Below, piece after piece: positions 46,290 through 56,373 of a stretch of 64,000 nt of DNA. Source of the stretch: Candidatus Latescibacterota bacterium (lineage in GTDB: Bacteria; Latescibacterota; UBA2968; UBA8231); the NCBI GenBank assembly GCA_965261395.1, contig OZ253462.1, forward strand, positions 4,256,001 through 4,320,000, written 5' to 3'. Both the position numbers and the translations under genes were made by a program. Within the stretch, counting starts at the first letter, position 1; each line of letters opens with the position of its first letter. The notes under the pieces are model-generated. The model was given only the letters and a program-made list of their open reading frames with translations, did no database searches and had not been told where the DNA came from.

Positions 46290-47321
46290 TTGTCCGATCC
46301 ATCCGCCCCCTTTCTCCAAGCCTGTCGGGGCCAAGTACCGGCGACTCCTCCCATCTGGATCATGCGCCAAGCTGGCCGCATCCTCAAGCCGTATAGAGAG
46401 CTGCGCCAGCGGCACGGCTCGCTACTCAAACTTTTCAAAACCCCCGAGCTCGCCGCTGAAATTACCCTTATGCCGGTCGATCTGCTCGGGGTCGATGCAG
46501 CCATTCTCTTTACCGACCTAGTGACGCCCTTAGAGGCGCTCGGCTGCGAGCTGACCTACGCACCCGGCCCGGTTTTCGCCCGCCCAATCCGCTCGACCGC
46601 CGACATTGACGGCCTTCGCAACCCCATCCCCGAGGACGACCTCGCCTACGTCTTAGAAGCCGCGCGGCTAGCGCACAACGCCCTGCCGCCAGCCGTCCCG
46701 CTCATCGGATACGCTGGCGGGCCTTTTACCTTGGCCACTTGGCTAGTGGAAGGGAGCCATGCCAAGGACTTCCCCGCTTTTCGCCGCATGATTCACAGCG
46801 ATCCCGTGCTCGCCCACCGGCTACTCGACCTGCTTTGCGACCTCGCCATCCGCTTCTTGCGCGCCCAGATCGAGGCCGGTGCCCAAGCCGTCCAGATCTT
46901 CGACACGTCCATCGGTTTGTTGTCCCCGCCGCAATTCAACGAATTCGCCCTGCCCTATGTACAGCGGGTTTGCCGCAGCCTCGCATCGCTGAATGCTCCG
47001 GTCATTTACTTCCCGCTTGCCGGGGCGCAAAACCTGTCCTGTTTTGGTCGCGTCGGCGCTGATGTCCTAAGTATAGATTGGCGGATTGACTTAGATGCGG
47101 CTTATAGATTGTTCGGAGATACCATGCCTTTACAGGGCAATCTAGACCCCTGCGCCCTCTACGGCTCGGAGTCGAGCATTGCCGCTGCCGCCCAGCACAT
47201 TCTGGAGCAGGGCCGGGGCCGCCCCCACATCTTCAACTTGGGGCACGGCGTCTATCCAGACACGCCCTATGAAAAGGTCAAATTGTTAGTGGATGTTGTG
47301 CACCAGTTCGCGAAAACTTGA
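46290..47321 (+). CDS. hemE: uroporphyrinogen decarboxylase
   Basis: 'PIWIMRQAGR', 'DAAILFTD', 'LQGNLDP', 'FNLGHG'. Confidence 0.95.
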   Translation: MSDPSAPFLQACRGQVPATPPIWIMRQAGRILKPYRELRQRHGSLLKLFKTPELAAEITLMPVDLLGVDAAILFTDLVTPLEALGCELTYAPGPVFARPIRSTADIDGLRNPIPEDDLAYVLEAARLAHNALPPAVPLIGYAGGPFTLATWLVEGSHAKDFPAFRRMIHSDPVLAHRLLDLLCDLAIRFLRAQIEAGAQAVQIFDTSIGLLSPPQFNEFALPYVQRVCRSLASLNAPVIYFPLAGAQNLSCFGRVGADVLSIDWRIDLDAAYRLFGDTMPLQGNLDPCALYGSESSIAAAAQHILEQGRGRPHIFNLGHGVYPDTPYEKVKLLVDVVHQFAKT

Positions 47322-47333
47322 AAGGTGCGACAG

Positions 47334-47570
47334 ATGGAAAGCATAGAAGGCAAAGAAAAAGGCACCACTCGGCGGCATATCTTTTTCTGTATCAACAAAG
47401 ACCGGCATACCGCTTCGTCCAAGGTCATCGAGGCCCGGCGCAAAGAGATTAGCGTCTTCGGTCAGCGGGTGCGCGGCTGGATCGTGACCACCGAAGAGCC
47501 GGTCATCGACAAGGACATCTCCCTCGACGAATCAACGCAAGGCGCAATGCCCCACCGCGACCCGGAGTAA
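47334..47570 (+). CDS. small hypothetical protein
   Basis: AAGGTG RBS then ATG 47334; fills the gap after hemE. Confidence 0.5.
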   Translation: MESIEGKEKGTTRRHIFFCINKDRHTASSKVIEARRKEISVFGQRVRGWIVTTEEPVIDKDISLDESTQGAMPHRDPE

Positions 47571-47582
47571 AGGCACTAGCCC

Positions 47583-48065
47583 TCAGCGCGCCCAAGAGAA
47601 CTTTTTTTCCAACCAAGTGCCGATTTCCCGTGGCGGGTCGTTCCATTGCTCGCCTGGGCCGAGAAATTGCCCTCGGACATCCTCGATGGCATCAAAGTCC
47701 GACCACAAGTCCGGGAACTCGTCGCGGATCAAGGCCTCTACTTGATCGCTTATGCCCTGTGCGTGGTAGGAAATAACCTCGTCGGCTTCGCCCTTGCCCA
47801 GCTCTTCAGTCAGATGTTTGGCCATCCCGCTACTGGCGATAAAGGTAAATTCAATCGCCGAGTCTTCAGTCAGCTTTAGGTCGATGCGGTAGGCCGGATA
47901 GCTCAGTTTTAACCCCAATACAGATAGCTGCAACTGCAACCACTCGGCTTCGGTGACTTCGCGTGTGTTATTCAGGGTGCTCCAAAACAATTCAGCCCTA
48001 ACCCCTAGGGGACTCAACAGGACCAACGCGAGGAGCGAACATATCGCCGTGCGGCTCAATGGCAT
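47583..48065 (-). CDS. hypothetical secreted protein
   Basis: Signal peptide ending 'VRA'; acidic mature region; GGTGG RBS. Confidence 0.6.
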   Translation of the reverse strand: MPLSRTAICSLLALVLLSPLGVRAELFWSTLNNTREVTEAEWLQLQLSVLGLKLSYPAYRIDLKLTEDSAIEFTFIASSGMAKHLTEELGKGEADEVISYHAQGISDQVEALIRDEFPDLWSDFDAIEDVRGQFLGPGEQWNDPPREIGTWLEKKFSWAR

Positions 48066-48082
48066 TGCACAACCACCTTTCC

Positions 48083-48115
48083 AAAAAAACTGGAGCTAGC
48101 CCGACGGCCTACTCC
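48083..48115 (-). terminator. intrinsic terminator after CBS-korAB-CBS operon
   Basis: Minus strand ggagtaggcc-gtcg-ggctagctcc (imperfect stem) followed by a T run. Confidence 0.5.
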
Positions 48116-48116
48116 C

Positions 48117-48635
48117 TCAAGCTGCGGAGGAAAAGTTCTCTTCGATAAAACGGACGATGTACCTAAACGAGACCAAGCCCACCGGGCGGTCGTCATCGTC
48201 CAACAGCGGCACGTGGCGGAAGCCGTGGATGCTCATCAAATGCAGAGCGTGCTGCACGGCCGCATCGGCCTTGAGCGCGGTCGGCCGCGGCGTCATCACG
48301 CTCTCGACCGCGATCTGTTCCAAATCGCTGATTAATCCTGCCACCCGGTAGAGGAGGTCGCGCTCGGTAAATATGCCGATTAGCTGCCCGTCCTCATTGG
48401 TCACCAACACACAGCCGACGTGCCGCTCCTTGAGCAGTGAGATGACCTCGGCCAACGAAGTAGTCGGCGACACGCAGACCATCTCCTGCGGATTGAGCGC
48501 GGAAAGCGGCTCGGTGAAAATTTCTTTAAACTCCCCGCTGCCCCAATCTTGGTACGCTTCGCTCAGGCTCTGGCCGCACCCCTTGCAGAGGTCAACTCCA
48601 GAGATATTGTCGTGGGAACACGAAGGGCAAATCAA
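48117..48635 (-). CDS. zinc-ribbon plus CBS-pair protein
   Basis: 'CPSC..DN.....LCKGCG', then 'LIGIFTERD' and 'FRHVP'. TTG 48635 follows AGGAG. Confidence 0.85.
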   Translation of the reverse strand: MICPSCSHDNISGVDLCKGCGQSLSEAYQDWGSGEFKEIFTEPLSALNPQEMVCVSPTTSLAEVISLLKERHVGCVLVTNEDGQLIGIFTERDLLYRVAGLISDLEQIAVESVMTPRPTALKADAAVQHALHLMSIHGFRHVPLLDDDDRPVGLVSFRYIVRFIEENFSSAA

Positions 48636-48649
48636 GGGGGCTTCTCCTA

Positions 48650-49666
48650 TTAGACGACCCAAGTATCGCCCGCGCTAAACAGAGCAGCCAGGTCGCCCGC
48701 GCCTCGCTGCTGGATCGTCGCGTCGATTTGGTCGAACAGCAACTCGGTATAGGTCGGCCTATCGAGAGCGCGCAGCACGCCGAAGGGCAGCGGCATCGAC
48801 GGGTATTCCATCCGGCTGAGCATATAGGCGTAGCTGGCGTTTTCGCGCCCTTCGCGATGTACGACTAGCTCGTCTGGGGCCGCGTCGCTGAGCGCGACGA
48901 CTTCGGGCTCAGTGCCGTTCATGCAGATGCCCCGGTCCCGATCCTTGCCAAAGATGAGGGGCTGTCCCTCCTCCAAGAACACGATATTGTCGTCGCGCAC
49001 GTCCGAATCCGTGGTGTGCTCCCAAGCCGTGGGATTGAGCACAACGCAGTTTTGGTAAATCTCGACAAAAGCGGCCCCCTTGTGTTCGGCCGCTCGCTTG
49101 AGCACATAGCTCAGGTGCTTGGTATTGGTGTCCTGCGTGCGGGCGACAAAGGTCGCCTCGGCACTCAGCCCCACGGATATGGGATTGAGCGGATAGTCGA
49201 TCGACCCCATGGGGGTGGACGTGGTGCGGTGCCCTAGCAGCGAGGTCGGCGAGTACTGGCCCTTGGTAAGCCCGTAGATGCGGTTGTTGAACAGAATAAT
49301 CTTCAGATCGACATTGCGCCGGAGGCTGTGCAGGAGGTGATTGCCGCCAATCGAGAGCCCATCGCCATCGCCGGTGATGACCCAGACGCTCAAATCCGGG
49401 TTGGCCGTCTTAATCCCCGTGGCGATCGTAGGCGCTCGCCCGTGGATCGAGTGAATGCCGTACGTATTCATGTAGTAGGGAAAGCGGCTAGAGCAGCCGA
49501 TCCCGGAGACGAAGACGATGTTTTCCCGTGGGATCCCCGCTTCGGGCAGCATCTTTTGCATCTGAGCCAAAATCGCGTAGTCGCCGCATCCAGGACACCA
49601 GCGGACCTCTTGGTCTGAAACGAAATCCTTGCGGCTCAACCCAGTCTCTACAACTGCTTCGGCCAT
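48650..49666 (-). CDS. korB: 2-oxoacid:ferredoxin oxidoreductase beta subunit
   Basis: 'WCPGCGD', 'SGIGCSSR', 'GDGD..SIGGNH', 'YGLTKGQYSPT'. Confidence 0.92.
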   Translation of the reverse strand: MAEAVVETGLSRKDFVSDQEVRWCPGCGDYAILAQMQKMLPEAGIPRENIVFVSGIGCSSRFPYYMNTYGIHSIHGRAPTIATGIKTANPDLSVWVITGDGDGLSIGGNHLLHSLRRNVDLKIILFNNRIYGLTKGQYSPTSLLGHRTTSTPMGSIDYPLNPISVGLSAEATFVARTQDTNTKHLSYVLKRAAEHKGAAFVEIYQNCVVLNPTAWEHTTDSDVRDDNIVFLEEGQPLIFGKDRDRGICMNGTEPEVVALSDAAPDELVVHREGRENASYAYMLSRMEYPSMPLPFGVLRALDRPTYTELLFDQIDATIQQRGAGDLAALFSAGDTWVV

Positions 49667-49681
49667 CTCGATCTCCCTGCT

Positions 49682-51556
49682 TTAGCTTAGCACTTGGCGA
49701 ATTTTGTCGGCCACTTCCCGAATTTGGAAGGGGCTGCCTTGGACCTTGTTTAGTTTGACGACTCGTACTGGATAATGCGCTTGGAGCAACAGGGCCAATT
49801 GGCCCAAGTTTAGCTCGGGCACCAACACTTGCTTGTAGCGACCGAGCACGTTGCCGAGGTTGCGGGGAAACGGGTTCAAATAGCGCAGGTGCGCGTAGGC
49901 CACGTCGAGCCCCTCGTCCCGCACTTGCTCAATGGCTGCGCGAATGGCACCGTACGTCCCCCCCCAACCCAAGACCAGCAGGTCCCCTTGCTCGGGGCCG
50001 GTTACTTCCAGCTCGGGAATGAAATCGGCAATGCCACGAATTTTGGCGGCCCGGGTGTGGACGATGCGCTCGTGGTCTTCGGGTGCATAGGAGACATTGC
50101 CCGTCACATCCTGCTTGCCCAAGCCGCCGATCCGGTGCTCCATCCCCGGCGTCCCCGGCAAGACCCAAGGCCTAGCCAAGGTCTGCGGATCGCGCATGTA
50201 GGGCTGGTAGTTGTCGGGATCGGTGTACGGCTCGGCATCAATGGCCGCGATCGAATCCGGGTCTGGAATTTTCCACGGCTCGGAGTTGTTGGCCACGTAC
50301 CCGTCGGACAAAAGAAAAACCGGCGTCATATAGCGAACGGCAATGCGGAATGCCTCGATGACCATGTCGAAGCATTCGCTTGGGGTCGCCGGAGCAATGA
50401 CCGGGATCGGGCTTTCGCCGTTGCGTCCGTAGAGCACCTCCAGCAAATCGGCCTGCTCGGTCTTGGTGGGCAAGCCCGTGCTAGGACCGCCGCGCTGGAC
50501 GTCAATGACCACCAGCGGCAGCTCCATAACTACGGCCAAGTTGATCCCCTCGCTCTTGAGCGCGATGCCCGGGCCGCTGCTGGCGGTAGCCGCGAGGCTG
50601 CCGGCAAAGGACGCGCCAATCACCGAACCCATCGCAGCCATCTCGTCCTCGGCCTGGAACGTCCGCACGTCGAAGTTCTTCAGCGCCGCCAAGCCCTCTA
50701 AGATGGTACTGGCCGGCGTGATGGGATACGAGCCGTAAAAGAACGGTTTGCCAGCCTTTTGCGCGGCCGTGACCAGCCCCAAGACAATCGCCTCATTGCC
50801 AGTGATCCGCTTGTACACCCCCGGCTCGACAATCTGCCGCTTCGGCACCGAGATCTGCGTCTGAAAGGTCTCGGCCGTTTCGCCGTAGTAGTAGCCCGCT
50901 TTCAAAGCCCTCGTATTGGCCTCAACTACCTCGGGCCGACCGGCGAATTTGGTCTGGTAGAACTTGAGCGTGTAGTCGAGCGGGCGGTCGAACATCCAGA
51001 ACACCAAGCCCAAGACAAAGGCATTCTTGCACATGTCCTTCGCTTGGTTTCTCATGCCCTCGATATCGGCGAGGGCATTGCGGGTCAGGGTGGTCAAGGG
51101 GACCAGATGCACATCGTAGCCGCTGAGGCTATCGTCTTCGAGTGGATTTTTCTCGTACCCAGCCTTGCGGAGACCATTGCGGTTGAATGGATCCGTATTG
51201 ACGATGATGGTCCCGCCCGGCTCGAGATTGGGCAAATTGGCCTTGAGCGCGGCCGGGTTCATCGCCACCAGCACTTGGGGCGAGTCACCCGCCGTGTAGA
51301 GATCGTTGGCGGCAAAATTGACCTGATAACCGCTCAGCCCGGGAATGGTCCCCGCCGGGGCGCGGATTTCGGCGGGAATGTCGGGAAAGGTACTGACGTC
51401 GTTGCCCATCACGGCTGAAGTATTGGTAAACTGACCGCCGGTTAGCTGCATCCCATCGCCCGAATCACCGGAAAATGAGATGACTACAGATTGGCGCTCT
51501 TCTTGCGAGTACTCTCGCTTACTCGTAGGTGCCGATGGGGCCACGATTTCGGCCAT
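49682..51556 (-). CDS. korA: 2-oxoacid:ferredoxin oxidoreductase alpha subunit (gamma-alpha fusion)
   Basis: 'GDSGDGMQL', 'YPITPAS', 'QAEDE', 'QRGGPSTG.PTK'. ATG 51556 follows GGAGG. Confidence 0.92.
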   Translation of the reverse strand: MAEIVAPSAPTSKREYSQEERQSVVISFSGDSGDGMQLTGGQFTNTSAVMGNDVSTFPDIPAEIRAPAGTIPGLSGYQVNFAANDLYTAGDSPQVLVAMNPAALKANLPNLEPGGTIIVNTDPFNRNGLRKAGYEKNPLEDDSLSGYDVHLVPLTTLTRNALADIEGMRNQAKDMCKNAFVLGLVFWMFDRPLDYTLKFYQTKFAGRPEVVEANTRALKAGYYYGETAETFQTQISVPKRQIVEPGVYKRITGNEAIVLGLVTAAQKAGKPFFYGSYPITPASTILEGLAALKNFDVRTFQAEDEMAAMGSVIGASFAGSLAATASSGPGIALKSEGINLAVVMELPLVVIDVQRGGPSTGLPTKTEQADLLEVLYGRNGESPIPVIAPATPSECFDMVIEAFRIAVRYMTPVFLLSDGYVANNSEPWKIPDPDSIAAIDAEPYTDPDNYQPYMRDPQTLARPWVLPGTPGMEHRIGGLGKQDVTGNVSYAPEDHERIVHTRAAKIRGIADFIPELEVTGPEQGDLLVLGWGGTYGAIRAAIEQVRDEGLDVAYAHLRYLNPFPRNLGNVLGRYKQVLVPELNLGQLALLLQAHYPVRVVKLNKVQGSPFQIREVADKIRQVLS

Positions 51557-51604
51557 GCACACAACCTCCTTCAAAAGGAAAAAATCTCAATCCGCAGCGC
51601 ATGC

Positions 51605-52072
51605 TCAAGCTCCTTCTTTGGTGCGGGCGATGCGCTCGGGATCAGGTGGCAGATTGTAGATGTCTTCGGGAAACTGATCGGTGAGAAAGCGGATGACCTC
51701 GTGTTGGGGCAAATTCCCCTTTATGCGGCCGTTTTCATCTACAATCGGCACGTTGCGGTAGTCACCAGCGTTCATCAGCCGCAGTGCACTGCTAATCGGC
51801 TGTTGGGCATCCAAGCTATGCGGATCGCGGGTCATCAACTCAGCCACGGGGCGCGTCCACATCGCCGGCTGGTCGACCACCTTGGTGAGTGCATCGCGCT
51901 CGGTAAAGATCCCCACCAAGCGGCCGTCCTCTTCCACCAGCACCGCGCTGACGTGTTGGTGGCGCATTTTCTTGAGTACTTCAAGGACCGACTCCTGCGG
52001 CTCGCACACAGCGTACCCGTCCAAGTCCAGATGGCCAATGACCTCTTCTTGTAACTTCTGCACGACCTTCAT
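51605..52072 (-). CDS. CBS-domain protein
   Basis: 'LVGIFTERD', 'MTRDP', 'YRNVPIVD'. Start ATG 52072 or GTG 52114. Confidence 0.85.
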   Translation of the reverse strand: MKVVQKLQEEVIGHLDLDGYAVCEPQESVLEVLKKMRHQHVSAVLVEEDGRLVGIFTERDALTKVVDQPAMWTRPVAELMTRDPHSLDAQQPISSALRLMNAGDYRNVPIVDENGRIKGNLPQHEVIRFLTDQFPEDIYNLPPDPERIARTKEGA

Positions 52073-52181
52073 TAGAAAGCCCCTTTCTCGGGGCTTGGAT
52101 ACCGCATTATTCACCTCGTTTACTTAATCATCTATATCAAATTTAAGATAGATAGGAGCGATGTATCCCGCAAGGTGATAT

Positions 52182-52200
52182 GTTGCAACGACGTTACAAC
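52182..52200. promoter_or_regulatory. 19-bp imperfect palindrome upstream of CBS-korAB
   Basis: gttgcaacg-a-cgttacaac (8/9 arm match). Confidence 0.35.
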
Positions 52201-52202
52201 CT

Positions 52203-54320
52203 TTACTGCTCCAAATCCACCACCCAATCCGCAGCCGCCCTCACCGTTGGATGCTGGTCGGCGACGACAACGGTGCCCCCCCGATCCACCAGCCCTCGCA
52301 AGGCCGCAACCATCGCGTGCACATCTTCTGGGTGGTCGCCGCTGGCCGGATCGTCGATCAGCACCCAAGTGCGCTGGGAAACCCGCGTCGATTCGAGCGC
52401 CAGCCGCAGCCGCAACCACTCTCCCCGCTCCAACCCCAGCACCTCCTGCCCCAAAAGCAGATAGCCAAGACCGCAGCCGACAGCCGCCTCTAGGCGCGGG
52501 CGGATTGGGTCGTGTCGGGCAAAGTGGGTACATGCCTGTTCCAAGGTCATGCTCAATACATCGGCGATGCTCGCGCCGCGCAGGGTCACCTCGCAGGTTT
52601 CGTCGCGGTATCGGCGGCCCTCACAAGCGGCGCACACCAGCGCTATATCCTCCAGAAACTCCAAATCGAAGTAGCATTGGCCGCGGCCTTCGCAGCTAGG
52701 ACAACGGCCTCCCGGTCGATCCAACAGGAAGGTGTCCCGGTCCCAGCCGCGCGCTGCTGCGGCCGGCGATGCGGCGTACAGATCGGCAACGCGCTCGAAA
52801 AGGCCCAGCCCCTCCAAAACCGTAGCCTTGCCGCTTGGGGCTTCTATCGTTACAACGCGGCTGTTTCTCGGCATGCCTGCAGCGGCGTATTCGACAGACC
52901 GTCCCTTGAGCAGTGGCAGCAAGACCTCGTGCAGCAGGCGGGTCTTGCCGCTGCCGGAAGGCCCGCATACGCAAGTCAGCTTCCCGTGCGGCAGCTCGAT
53001 AGCAAGTGGCCCGACTGCACCACTCCCGCGAATAGCCAACACCAGCTTAGCTTGCTCGGCGGCCCGTTTCTCATCCACTCTATCTCGCTTTATCGCGGTC
53101 GCCTCCCCCACCTGCACCTGTCCTTCTGCAAACGCCCAGACCTTGTCTGCGACCGCCACGAGTTCAGGCGTGTGATCCAACAACAGCGCAGTATTGCCGC
53201 CAGCGACCAGCCGGCGGAGACCCGCTGCGACCGCGTCCAGCATCCCTCCTGACAACTGGCTGCCCAAACCCTCCAAAATGTAGAGGATGCCCGTCAGGCC
53301 GCCGCTGAGACAGGACGCCAATTGCAGGCGCTGCCACTCGCCAGCCGCCAGCGATTCGAGCTGGCGACTCAACGGCAGGTGCCCCAGCCCCAAGCCGCTG
53401 GCTTCGGCAAGTGCGGACTCTACTTTGGCGTGCCCCTGGCCTATTTCCAGCCAATCGCCCAACGACCCGAGGGGCGCGGCCATTAGCTCGTCCATGGTCC
53501 GGCCGTGCAGGGTCACCTGACTGGCCAAGGGCTGGCCAGCACCGAAGTCGGCGGCGGCCAGCGGCTCGTATTGGCGGCCGCATTCGCCGCAGGTCGGCTG
53601 CTGGTTCAAGTGCATCATCTCGCTGGTCCCATCCACCCAAACCACTGTCTGCCCCGATGAAATCGAGCGGCTCACGCGCACGGCTTCCAAAAAGCGCACG
53701 CTGGCTTTCGGGTCGGGCACCAAGCGGTCCACTACCACGTGGACCTCGCTTTCGCTACTCGGCAACGCTGGCCCGTCGCCTTCCAACCGCTGGATCTGGC
53801 CGTCGATTGCAATTCGCGTGAACCCGGCCTGCACGAGCTGTTGCCACATCCCGGCGCTCCGCAGGGCCAGAGGAGCCAACACCAAACAGCGAGTGTCTGG
53901 ATGGACGCGGGCGACCTCGCGCTCTACCTCATCGGCCGCATAGCTGCGGCAGCGGCCATCGCATTCGGGGCAGTGCATCTGTCCGCCTTCCAGCATGATC
54001 TGCGCCAAAATCCCGTCTAGCTGCAAGTAGTCCCCGACCGTGCGCCCACGGCGTGGTGCCCCTAGGTAAATGGCCGGCGGTAAACCCGAGACCTCGTCCA
54101 CATCGGCGCGCGCCGTCCCGCTGACGCCCTCGCGTTCGGCCGGAGACAGGGCCTGCATGTAGCGCCGGCGGCTCTCCGCGTACAGGATGTCTAAAGCCAT
54201 GGCGCGGCGACCACTGCTACTGCGGCCGGTAAAGCAAATAACCCGGCCCAATGGCAAGTCCATATCGACATTGGCGAGACCGCCCGCCCGGGCACCGCGC
54301 ACGCAGAGGGTAGCTTTCAA
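52203..54320 (-). CDS. degenerate UvrA-like protein (705 aa)
   Basis: UvrA layout ('LYAESRRRYMQALS', 'DEVSGLPPAI', 'VVDRL', 'GGRCPSCEGRG...CAACEG', 'GLGYLLLGQ') with altered ATPase motifs. Confidence 0.8.
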   Translation of the reverse strand: MKATLCVRGARAGGLANVDMDLPLGRVICFTGRSSSGRRAMALDILYAESRRRYMQALSPAEREGVSGTARADVDEVSGLPPAIYLGAPRRGRTVGDYLQLDGILAQIMLEGGQMHCPECDGRCRSYAADEVEREVARVHPDTRCLVLAPLALRSAGMWQQLVQAGFTRIAIDGQIQRLEGDGPALPSSESEVHVVVDRLVPDPKASVRFLEAVRVSRSISSGQTVVWVDGTSEMMHLNQQPTCGECGRQYEPLAAADFGAGQPLASQVTLHGRTMDELMAAPLGSLGDWLEIGQGHAKVESALAEASGLGLGHLPLSRQLESLAAGEWQRLQLASCLSGGLTGILYILEGLGSQLSGGMLDAVAAGLRRLVAGGNTALLLDHTPELVAVADKVWAFAEGQVQVGEATAIKRDRVDEKRAAEQAKLVLAIRGSGAVGPLAIELPHGKLTCVCGPSGSGKTRLLHEVLLPLLKGRSVEYAAAGMPRNSRVVTIEAPSGKATVLEGLGLFERVADLYAASPAAAARGWDRDTFLLDRPGGRCPSCEGRGQCYFDLEFLEDIALVCAACEGRRYRDETCEVTLRGASIADVLSMTLEQACTHFARHDPIRPRLEAAVGCGLGYLLLGQEVLGLERGEWLRLRLALESTRVSQRTWVLIDDPASGDHPEDVHAMVAALRGLVDRGGTVVVADQHPTVRAAADWVVDLEQ

Positions 54321-56257
54321 GGGTTGGCCTGCCTCATGGAATCGATTTTCGCCTGCAAGCGCGCGTCATCGGGGTTTCGCGCGCGCAAAAATGCCCAGTG
54401 GGCTTCTGCTGCGCGGGGACGCCCCAAGCGCAACAGTACTTCCCCACGCCGATAGTGAGCTTGGCCGTGATTGGGGTCGAATTCGAGTGCCCGAGCAAAG
54501 GCATCCGCCGCGGCTTGGTCGTCTGCTTGCTTGGCGTGTACCAAGCCGAGGTTGAAATGCGCTCGGGCGTAGCTGGCGTCGAGCGCGAGGGCCTTGTGGA
54601 AGTGCGCGGCAGCCTCGCTCCATTGACCGAGGCGATAGTAGCACAGGCCGAGGTTGTTGTACAGGCCGGGCGAGGGCCGGGCGAGGCTAAAAGCCGCAAT
54701 CGCCGCCTCGTACTCCCCCTCGCCGAAGAGATCTAACCCTCGTCTGATGTCCGAGTCGCCGCCTTCTTGCTGTGCCAACACGGCTGTTAGGCCGGCGGCG
54801 GCGGGCGCAAAGGACGGGTCAATGCGCAGGGCCTCGCGGAACATGTTCTCGGCCGCCGCCCAATCCCCTCGGCGTTGGTACAAGGTGCCGAAATTGTAGT
54901 AATCGACCCGTTTACGAGTCAGCCGCTCCGCCCCGGCGTCCCGGTAATTAATCGGCAGCGCGACTAGGGCCACCAACAGGCACGACCCCAGCAGCCGGCG
55001 ATGCGCCCCATCTTTCACCCAAGCCGCGGCCTTGGCCATCCAGCAAGCGGCGTAAAGCAGAATCACCGGCACGACGGGCAGGCGGTATTCCGAGGACGTG
55101 AAAAACAGTAGGCAAGCGGCCAGATAGGTCGCCAGATACAGGTCAAGCAAGGACGAGCGGCGACTCGCAGCCCAACCCGCGATCGCCAGCGGGGCCACCA
55201 GCCCCCACCCCAAGACGCACCAGCGCAACAAGGGCACAAAATCCCGCGCCAAGTACAGACTCAGGTTGTTTTGCGCCTCGACCCCGTTCCAGAACATGTA
55301 GAGTTTGCGGCCTTGTAGCGCCAGATACGCGAGGGGATTTTCCACGGCAAAGCGCAAGCCAGCCACCAGCCAGAATCTGGAGACTTGAGCCGGGGTCAGT
55401 TCCCAGCCCGTGCGCGCCTCGGCCTCGCGGATAAACGCCTCGCGCTCCAAGTCCGGCTCGGCACTAGGCAGAAAATCGACCTGCGCGTAGATGCCGTTGG
55501 CCTCGGGGTGGTTGCCCACGTAGAAGTTCATCCCGGCCGAGGACGTGGTCAGCAGCCACTCTCCTCCGACGAGGTAGTTGCGCCAAGCCACCGCGCCCAC
55601 CACGAGGCCGCAGCCCACGACCACCAATCCCCACTGCCGCCAACCTCGCCGTCCCCACTGCGCGACAAACCAGCCCGCGACCACCGCGACGAATAGCAAG
55701 ACCATGGGCCGCGCCGTAGCCGAAAGTCCCAAGAGCAGGCCAGCCCCCCACAGCCAGCGTGCCGCACCTTGCGCGTGCACCAAGCAATACAAGGCCGCGA
55801 GATTCAAAAAGGTGATCGGCGCGGCGGTCAGCAGCGCCCCGTCGTAGAACACATAGGGCTGGTAGATCGCCGCCATGCCAGCGGCCAATAAGCCAATTTG
55901 CGCGCTCCACAGTTTCCGGCCCAGTGCGTAGATCAAATAGCAACTACCAGTCCCCAGTACCGCCTGAACCAAGCCAACCCACCAATATTCAGTCCCTAAC
56001 AGCGCGTAAATGGATGCCAAAAAGTAGGAGTAAAACGGATTCATAAAGAAAGGCTGGTCGCCCAGCCAATCGCCCGCGACAATGGCTCGGGCACGGCGGT
56101 CGTAGAACTCGGAGTCGATCAGGAGAACGTCGAAGAGCGGCGTGTCAACCGCTTGATAGAGATAGGCCAAGCGCACGCCGAGGGCGGCGATCAGGATCGC
56201 CCAGAGAATGGCTTCCTCTCGCCTCAGCCGCGCCGCGCCGATACCTATGGTCCGCAT
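54317..56257 (-). CDS. GT-C (ArnT/PMT-like) membrane protein with C-terminal TPR repeats
   Basis: 'DSEFYD', 'P.YSYFLA', 'NFYVGN', 'YRLP', followed by several TPRs. Confidence 0.8.
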   Translation of the reverse strand: MRTIGIGAARLRREEAILWAILIAALGVRLAYLYQAVDTPLFDVLLIDSEFYDRRARAIVAGDWLGDQPFFMNPFYSYFLASIYALLGTEYWWVGLVQAVLGTGSCYLIYALGRKLWSAQIGLLAAGMAAIYQPYVFYDGALLTAAPITFLNLAALYCLVHAQGAARWLWGAGLLLGLSATARPMVLLFVAVVAGWFVAQWGRRGWRQWGLVVVGCGLVVGAVAWRNYLVGGEWLLTTSSAGMNFYVGNHPEANGIYAQVDFLPSAEPDLEREAFIREAEARTGWELTPAQVSRFWLVAGLRFAVENPLAYLALQGRKLYMFWNGVEAQNNLSLYLARDFVPLLRWCVLGWGLVAPLAIAGWAASRRSSLLDLYLATYLAACLLFFTSSEYRLPVVPVILLYAACWMAKAAAWVKDGAHRRLLGSCLLVALVALPINYRDAGAERLTRKRVDYYNFGTLYQRRGDWAAAENMFREALRIDPSFAPAAAGLTAVLAQQEGGDSDIRRGLDLFGEGEYEAAIAAFSLARPSPGLYNNLGLCYYRLGQWSEAAAHFHKALALDASYARAHFNLGLVHAKQADDQAAADAFARALEFDPNHGQAHYRRGEVLLRLGRPRAAEAHWAFLRARNPDDARLQAKIDSMRQANP

Positions 56258-56373
56258 ACTACCAATATAGCCGGAACCTCCGGCGTTGGCATGGCTCCCG
56301 CTCCCTTGACCTAGCCGCTGCGCCGCCTCAAGCTATGGCCTTGTTCGCACCGCAAACAAAAGGCCCTGTTTAC

